From assembly GCA_963666735.1 (NCBI GenBank), contig OY762926.1, forward strand, positions 576,001-640,000: 64,000 nt of DNA. Reading direction: 5' to 3'. Below the pieces are notes generated by a model. The model was not told the origin of the DNA. It saw nothing but the letters and a program-made list of their open reading frames with translations, and ran no database searches. Below, in pieces: positions 59,069 to 64,000 of the stretch. Each line of letters starts with the position of its first letter. Position 1 is the stretch's first letter. The position numbers were made by a program, and so were the translations under genes. Source of the stretch: Gemmatimonadota bacterium (GTDB lineage Bacteria > Gemmatimonadota > Gemmatimonadetes > Palauibacterales > Palauibacteraceae).

Positions 59069-60286
59069 GTGCGGCCCTTCGATGGTCGTCGCGTGTTGCT
59101 CGTCGTGTCCGGCGGGATCGCCGCGTACAAGAGCGCGATCCTCACCCGCCGCCTGATCGAGGCCGGCGCCGGGGTCGAGGTCATCCTGACCGCGGCGGCC
59201 GAGCGCTTCATTGGACGCGTCACTTTCGAGGGGATGACCGGTCGCCCGGCACACGCGTCGCTGTGGGACCGGCCCATGGCGCATCTTGATCTCGGGCTCG
59301 AGGCCGATGTGGTCGTGGTCGCGCCCGCGACGGCCAACCTCATCTCCCGGCTCGCGGCCGGCGCCGCGGACGATCTGGCGACGACCGCCGTGCTGGCCTC
59401 GCCGGCTCCGGTGATCGTCTGTCCCGCAATGAACACGCGGATGTGGGAGCATCCGATCACGCAGGCGAACGTCGCGCGGCTGGCCGGGGCCGGCTACGCG
59501 ATCGCCGGGCCGGACGACGGTCCGCTCGCGGAAGGGGAAAGCGGGCCGGGGCGGCTGGTGGAGCCGGAGGAGATTCTGCCGCGCATCGGGCGGGCGCTGG
59601 AGAGGGCGGCCGGTCTGCGCGGGCGGAAGGTCGTCGCCACGGCGGGGCCGACCAGAGCCGCGCTGGATCCCGTCCGCTTCATCTCGAACCGCTCCTCGGG
59701 CCGCATGGGGTTCGCGCTCGCCGCGGCGGCCTGGCGGCGTGGGGCCGAGGTCACGCTCATCAGCGGGCCCGGCCGGATGCCGCGACCCCCGGGGCCCGGC
59801 GCGGTGGAGGTCGAGACGGCCGGTGAGATGCTGGCCGCGCTGGAGACGGCGTTGACGGATGCCGACATCCTTCTGATGGCTGCAGCCGTCGGCGATTTCG
59901 AGCCCATCGACCCGGCGCCCTCGAAGATCAAGAAAACGAACCGGACCGGGAACGGGTTCGATCTCGCGCTCCGGGCGGGACCGGATTTGCTGATGGAGAC
60001 GCGGACGTTCCGCGAACGGAAGGGCATCTTTACTCTGGGTTTCGCGCTCGAGACGGAGGATGCTGTTGCCCGCGGCCGAGACAAACTCGAGCGGAAGGGC
60101 ATGCATCTCGTTGCGGTGAACTCGGCCGTGGAGCCCGGCACGGGATTCGAGTCCAGGACGAACCGCATCACGCTGATCGACCGGAGCGGTAGGGTCGAGG
60201 AGTTGCCTTTGGCGGAGAAGACCGAGTTGGCGGACGAGTTGCTCGACCGGATCGAAGCCGCGTTCCCGGCGGCGGTCGAGGGGTGA
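59069..60286 (+). CDS. coaBC: Phosphopantothenoylcysteine decarboxylase/ligase
   Basis: SGGIAAYK, APATAN, PAMNTRM, TAGPT..DPVRFISNRSSGRMG, GFALET. Confidence 0.96.
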   Translation: MRPFDGRRVLLVVSGGIAAYKSAILTRRLIEAGAGVEVILTAAAERFIGRVTFEGMTGRPAHASLWDRPMAHLDLGLEADVVVVAPATANLISRLAAGAADDLATTAVLASPAPVIVCPAMNTRMWEHPITQANVARLAGAGYAIAGPDDGPLAEGESGPGRLVEPEEILPRIGRALERAAGLRGRKVVATAGPTRAALDPVRFISNRSSGRMGFALAAAAWRRGAEVTLISGPGRMPRPPGPGAVEVETAGEMLAALETALTDADILLMAAAVGDFEPIDPAPSKIKKTNRTGNGFDLALRAGPDLLMETRTFRERKGIFTLGFALETEDAVARGRDKLERKGMHLVAVNSAVEPGTGFESRTNRITLIDRSGRVEELPLAEKTELADELLDRIEAAFPAAVEG

Positions 60287-61074
60287 ACCCGCCGGATGCC
60301 GGGGCCCGGGCGCTCGCGCAGGCTTTTCTGGAGCAGACGCTCTCCGCGGAGGGGAATGCGCTCATGCTGGAGCATGCGACGCGCGAAGAGGTCGTCCGCC
60401 GCCTGGTCTCGGCCGGGCGCGCGGCGCGAGGGGGCGCTGTCACTCCGGGCGCGAGGACGAGCCCCGACGCCCCGGCAACGGGGCCGAAGATCGCGGAGGC
60501 GCCGGATCTGGAGACGCTGGCCGCACTCGTCGCCTCCTGTTCTCGCTGCGCGCTTCATGAATCGCGAAAGAACCCGGTCTTCGGGGAGGGGGCGGCGGAC
60601 GCCCGCGTCGTGTGCGTGGGGGAGGCGCCCGGGGCGCGAGAGGATGAGACCGGCCGCCCCTTCGTCGGCCGGGCGGGCCACCTGCTCGACCGGCTGCTGA
60701 TGTCGATCGGGCTTCCGCGCACGTCCGTGTACATCTGCAACGTGCTGAAGTCCCGACCGCCCCGGAACCGCGACCCGCTCCCGGAGGAGGTCGCGGCCTG
60801 CGCTCCCTTCCTCCTGAGGCAACTCGCGCTCATCGAACCCGAGGTGATCATCGCCTTCGGCGCCTTCGCCGCCCGCACGCTGCTCGAAACGAAATCCGCG
60901 CTGGGCCGGCTCCGAGGCACCGTTCACCACTATTCCGGGTACCCCGTCGTCGCCACCTACCACCCGGCGGCGTTGCTCCGCAACCCGGCCTGGATCCGGC
61001 CGACGTGGGAGGACCTGCAGATTGTGCGGCGCATGCTCGATGGCGTCGGAGATCGCGAGGCCCGTATTGGTTGA
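60283..61074 (+). CDS. Uracil-DNA glycosylase family 4
   Basis: CSRCAL, GEAPG..ED..GRPFVGRAG, YHPAALL. Confidence 0.93.
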   Translation: MNPPDAGARALAQAFLEQTLSAEGNALMLEHATREEVVRRLVSAGRAARGGAVTPGARTSPDAPATGPKIAEAPDLETLAALVASCSRCALHESRKNPVFGEGAADARVVCVGEAPGAREDETGRPFVGRAGHLLDRLLMSIGLPRTSVYICNVLKSRPPRNRDPLPEEVAACAPFLLRQLALIEPEVIIAFGAFAARTLLETKSALGRLRGTVHHYSGYPVVATYHPAALLRNPAWIRPTWEDLQIVRRMLDGVGDREARIG

Positions 61075-62452
61075 GACGGCGATCAGTCTCCCCAGCGACG
61101 GGATCGAGGCCCGACGCACGCCCTGGTCCGAGGAAGCCGAGATCTCGGTCCTCGGGGCGATGCTCATCGACGGCGACGCCGTGGCGACCGCCCTCGAGCG
61201 GATCGACGATTCCGCCTTCCACCGGGAAGGCAATCGCAGGATCTTCCGCGCGATGGTGCGTCTGTACGGCCGCGGCGATGTGATCGACGCAGTCACGCTC
61301 GCGGACGAACTCCAGACCGCGGCGGAACTCGACGGTGTCGGAGGGATGGCGTACCTCGCAAGACTGGTGGACGCCGTGCCCACCGCCGCCCACATCGCCT
61401 ACCACTGCCGGATTCTGCGCGACAAGACGGTGCTTCGGCGGCTCATTTCCAGCGCCACCGAGATCATCCAGGACGCCTACGAAACAGGGTCGGGCGAAGT
61501 TGACGAGACGCTCGACCGCGCGGAGCAGCGGATCTTCGAGATCTCGCAGGCGGAGCAGCGCGGGACCTTCGTCCGCATCAAGGAGGTTCTGCGCTCGACG
61601 ATGGACCGGATCGACGAACTCGTGCGGAACCCGGGCTCGATCACCGGCGTCGCGTCGGGATTCGCGGAACTCGACCGGATGACGGCCGGATTCCAACCCG
61701 CCGATCTTGTCGTCCTCGCCGGGCGGCCCTCGATGGGCAAGACGGCCCTCGCGCTGAACATCGCCCAGCATACGGCGATCGGCGAGGATGTCCCGGTGGC
61801 GATCTTCTCGCTTGAAATGTCGAGGGAGTCGCTCGTCCAGCGGATGCTGAGCGCGGAATCCAAGGTGGATTCGAGCCGCATCCGGACGGGGCGCTTGTCG
61901 TCCGACGACTTCACGCGACTGGCGAGCGGAGCGGGACACCTGAACACGGCCCCGATCTGGATCGACGACACGCCCGCGATCTCGCCCATCGAACTCCGTG
62001 CCAAGGTGCGGCGTCTGCACGCGGAGGTCGGAGTCGGGCTCGTCGTGCTCGACTACCTGCAGCTGATGTCGGGCGGAGCGCGGGTGGAGAACCGGCAGCA
62101 GGAAATCAGCGCGATTTCGCGGTCGCTGAAAGCGATCGCCAAGGAGGTGGGCGTGCCGCTCCTCGCGCTCTCCCAGCTCTCGCGAGCGCCGGAGCAGCGC
62201 GAAGGGAATCGTCCGCGCCTCTCGGACCTGCGCGAATCGGGAGCGATCGAACAGGACGCGGACGTGGTCCTCTTCATCTTCCGTGAGGAGATGCACCGGA
62301 AGCCGGAAGAGGTGGAGGAACGGGGACTGGCGGGGAAGGCCGAACTCATCGTGGGCAAGCAGCGCAACGGGCCGACCGGAACCGTCGAACTCTATTTCCA
62401 CAAGGCCTTCACGGCGTTCGAATCCGTGAGCCGCCGCCCGGGCCCCGACTAA
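61067..62452 (+). CDS. dnaB: Replicative DNA helicase
   Basis: AEISVLGAML, GRPSMGKT, FSLEM, DYLQL, SQLSR, DLRESGAIEQDAD, KQRNGPTG; no intein. Confidence 0.97.
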   Translation: MVETAISLPSDGIEARRTPWSEEAEISVLGAMLIDGDAVATALERIDDSAFHREGNRRIFRAMVRLYGRGDVIDAVTLADELQTAAELDGVGGMAYLARLVDAVPTAAHIAYHCRILRDKTVLRRLISSATEIIQDAYETGSGEVDETLDRAEQRIFEISQAEQRGTFVRIKEVLRSTMDRIDELVRNPGSITGVASGFAELDRMTAGFQPADLVVLAGRPSMGKTALALNIAQHTAIGEDVPVAIFSLEMSRESLVQRMLSAESKVDSSRIRTGRLSSDDFTRLASGAGHLNTAPIWIDDTPAISPIELRAKVRRLHAEVGVGLVVLDYLQLMSGGARVENRQQEISAISRSLKAIAKEVGVPLLALSQLSRAPEQREGNRPRLSDLRESGAIEQDADVVLFIFREEMHRKPEEVEERGLAGKAELIVGKQRNGPTGTVELYFHKAFTAFESVSRRPGPD

Positions 62453-63180
62453 TGCGGCCGCGAGGCCCGGCGGCTCCCCGCGGCGTGGGCGCCGTCGTCG
62501 TCGCGGCGGGGCAGGGGCATCGCTTCGGCGCCCCACGGCCCAAGCAGTTCGTCGACCTGTGCGGCATGCCGGTGCTCGCCTGGTCGGTACGGACGTTTCT
62601 CGACCATCCCGACATCGACCGGGTCGCGCTGGTGCTGTCTCCGCCGCGGGCGGCGGCGCCCCCGGCATGGCTTCCGGATGGGATTCTCGTCGTGCCGGGC
62701 GGCGTGTTTCGGGCCGATTCCGTGCGCGCCGGCGTCGAAGCCCTGGCGGGGGATGTCGAGACCGTGCTCGTCCACGATGGGGCGCGTCCGTTCGTGTCGG
62801 CCGAGCTCGTTTCCCGCGTCGCGAACGGAGCCCGCGGGGGCCCGGTGGTGCCGGTGATCGCCGTGGAAGACACCGTGAAACGGGTGGACGAGGGAGGATG
62901 GATCGAGGAGACCGTGCCACGCGAGCAGCTCCGCCGCGTACAGACGCCACAAGGGTTTCCGGCCGAGGTCCTGAACCGTACTCACGCCCTCGAGGATGCG
63001 GGCGCATGGGAGGCGCAGGACGCCGCGGCGATCACGGACGACGCGTCGCTGTGCGAGAGGCTCGGCATCGACGTTGCCACCGTGGAGGGGGATCCGGCGA
63101 ACCTGAAGATCACGACCGCGCGCGACCTCGCGCTGGCGCGCGCCATGGTTGAGACCGGGTTGATCGCTGCGGGGAACTAG
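62452..63180 (+). CDS. ispD: 2-C-methyl-D-erythritol 4-phosphate cytidylyltransferase
   Basis: AAGQGHRFG..PKQF, VHDGARPF, QTPQGF, TDD, NLKITT. Confidence 0.95.
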   Translation: MRPRGPAAPRGVGAVVVAAGQGHRFGAPRPKQFVDLCGMPVLAWSVRTFLDHPDIDRVALVLSPPRAAAPPAWLPDGILVVPGGVFRADSVRAGVEALAGDVETVLVHDGARPFVSAELVSRVANGARGGPVVPVIAVEDTVKRVDEGGWIEETVPREQLRRVQTPQGFPAEVLNRTHALEDAGAWEAQDAAAITDDASLCERLGIDVATVEGDPANLKITTARDLALARAMVETGLIAAGN

Positions 63181-63213
63181 TGTTATGCAGACGGGAGCGG
63201 GAACGGTATCGAC

Positions 63214-63891
63214 GTGGTGAAGTGGCGCGAGTGGGCGGGCGCCCCGGGGTCAGCCGGACCGGGCCGGGCGCCGGGGGCCGAAGATGAAGCATTCGACCGG
63301 GCGGCGGTGCTGCTCGACGCGGGGGGGGTCGTGGCTCACCCGACTTCGACGGTATACGGGCTGGGTGGCCGTCCGTGGCCGGAGGTCGACGCGCGGATTG
63401 CCGCGATCAAACGGCGGCCGCCGGGGCCGCTGATTCGGCTTGCCGCGAGCCGCGCTGCGCTCATCGAGGCGCTGCCCGGGATGGGGTGGACGGAGGCGGC
63501 GCGCCGGATTGCCGACGCCTTCTGGCCGGGACCGCTCACGCTGGTGCTGGAGGACGGGAGTCGCACCGGAGCTGCCGTGCGCGTCGACCCTCATCCGGTC
63601 GTGCGACGCCTCCTCGATCGAGCCGGCGGGCTGATGACGTCCACGAGCCTGAACGTGACGGGGAGACCCCCGGCGAGGACGGGCGGGGAGGTGCGGGCCG
63701 TGCTGTCGAGGGTCGGAGCCGAGGCGGGAACCGTGGGTTGGCTCGACGTGGGCAATCTCGCCGGTTCGACTCCGTCGACCCTCGTGCGGGTGGCGGGGGA
63801 AGCGGTCGAGATTCTGCGGGAGGGCGCCGTGCCGGCGACGGACATCACCCGGGTCCTCTCGCCGCATCCTCTCGGAAGACCGTCCCCATGA
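63214..63891 (+). CDS. tsaC: Threonylcarbamoyl-AMP synthase (Sua5/TsaC)
   Basis: HPTSTVYGL, IKRR, FWPGPLTLV, STSLN..G, PSTLV..LREGA. Confidence 0.88.
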   Translation: MVKWREWAGAPGSAGPGRAPGAEDEAFDRAAVLLDAGGVVAHPTSTVYGLGGRPWPEVDARIAAIKRRPPGPLIRLAASRAALIEALPGMGWTEAARRIADAFWPGPLTLVLEDGSRTGAAVRVDPHPVVRRLLDRAGGLMTSTSLNVTGRPPARTGGEVRAVLSRVGAEAGTVGWLDVGNLAGSTPSTLVRVAGEAVEILREGAVPATDITRVLSPHPLGRPSP

Positions 63892-64000
63892 ACCTCCTCT
63901 TCGTCTGCACCGGCAACATATGTCGCAGTCCTCTGGCCGAGGTGATCGCGCGGGCGGAAGCCGACGCACGGGGGTGGGCGGAGGTCTCGTGCGCATCGGC
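63888..64000 (+). CDS. Low-molecular-weight protein phosphatase, truncated by the window edge
   Basis: MNLLFVCTGNICRSPLAE P-loop. Confidence 0.9.
   Translation, partial: MNLLFVCTGNICRSPLAEVIARAEADARGWAEVSCAS

Noticed and set aside
61067..62452. Intein in DnaB
   Set aside because: Length and motif spacing are normal, with no insertion.
400..63996. Numerous long Arg/Pro/Gly-rich alternative-frame ORFs in the track
   Set aside because: These are expected shadow ORFs in high-GC DNA overlapping well-supported genes.

Overview
A high-GC bacterial chromosome segment. Gene order and protein style suggest Gemmatimonadota, possibly a host-associated lineage, but that is inference only. Two conserved housekeeping blocks flank the window. 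The left block is infC-rpmI-rplT-pheST-zapA-6S RNA-rny-folD-xseAB-ispA-nadK-recN (0.7-13.9 kb). The right block is citrate synthase-pepA-OM protein-yicC-gmk-rpoZ-coaBC-udg-dnaB-ispD-tsaC-LMW phosphatase (52.6-64 kb). The accessory middle holds tRNA-Cys, tRNA-Leu, a frameshifted Ca2+/H+ antiporter, a decayed antitoxin/PIN-toxin remnant and several exported hydrolases. It also holds a candidate two-gene defence cassette (Schlafen/AlbA_2-ATPase with an unusual beta-sandwich tail, plus a protein with a RelE-like C-terminus). Further along are an AT-richer islet encoding a fulvocin C-like 8-Cys bacteriocin precursor coupled to a beta-propeller gene, fused ISNCY/IS630/enoyl-CoA hydratase fragments, an intact IS1380 inserted at CTAG, and a four-gene two-permease RND/TolC operon. 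The best candidates for an undescribed system are (i) the fulvocin-like precursor + propeller + divergent RND exporter and (ii) the Schlafen-ATPase + RelE-like pair. All family assignments come from motif recognition by eye; no searches were run.
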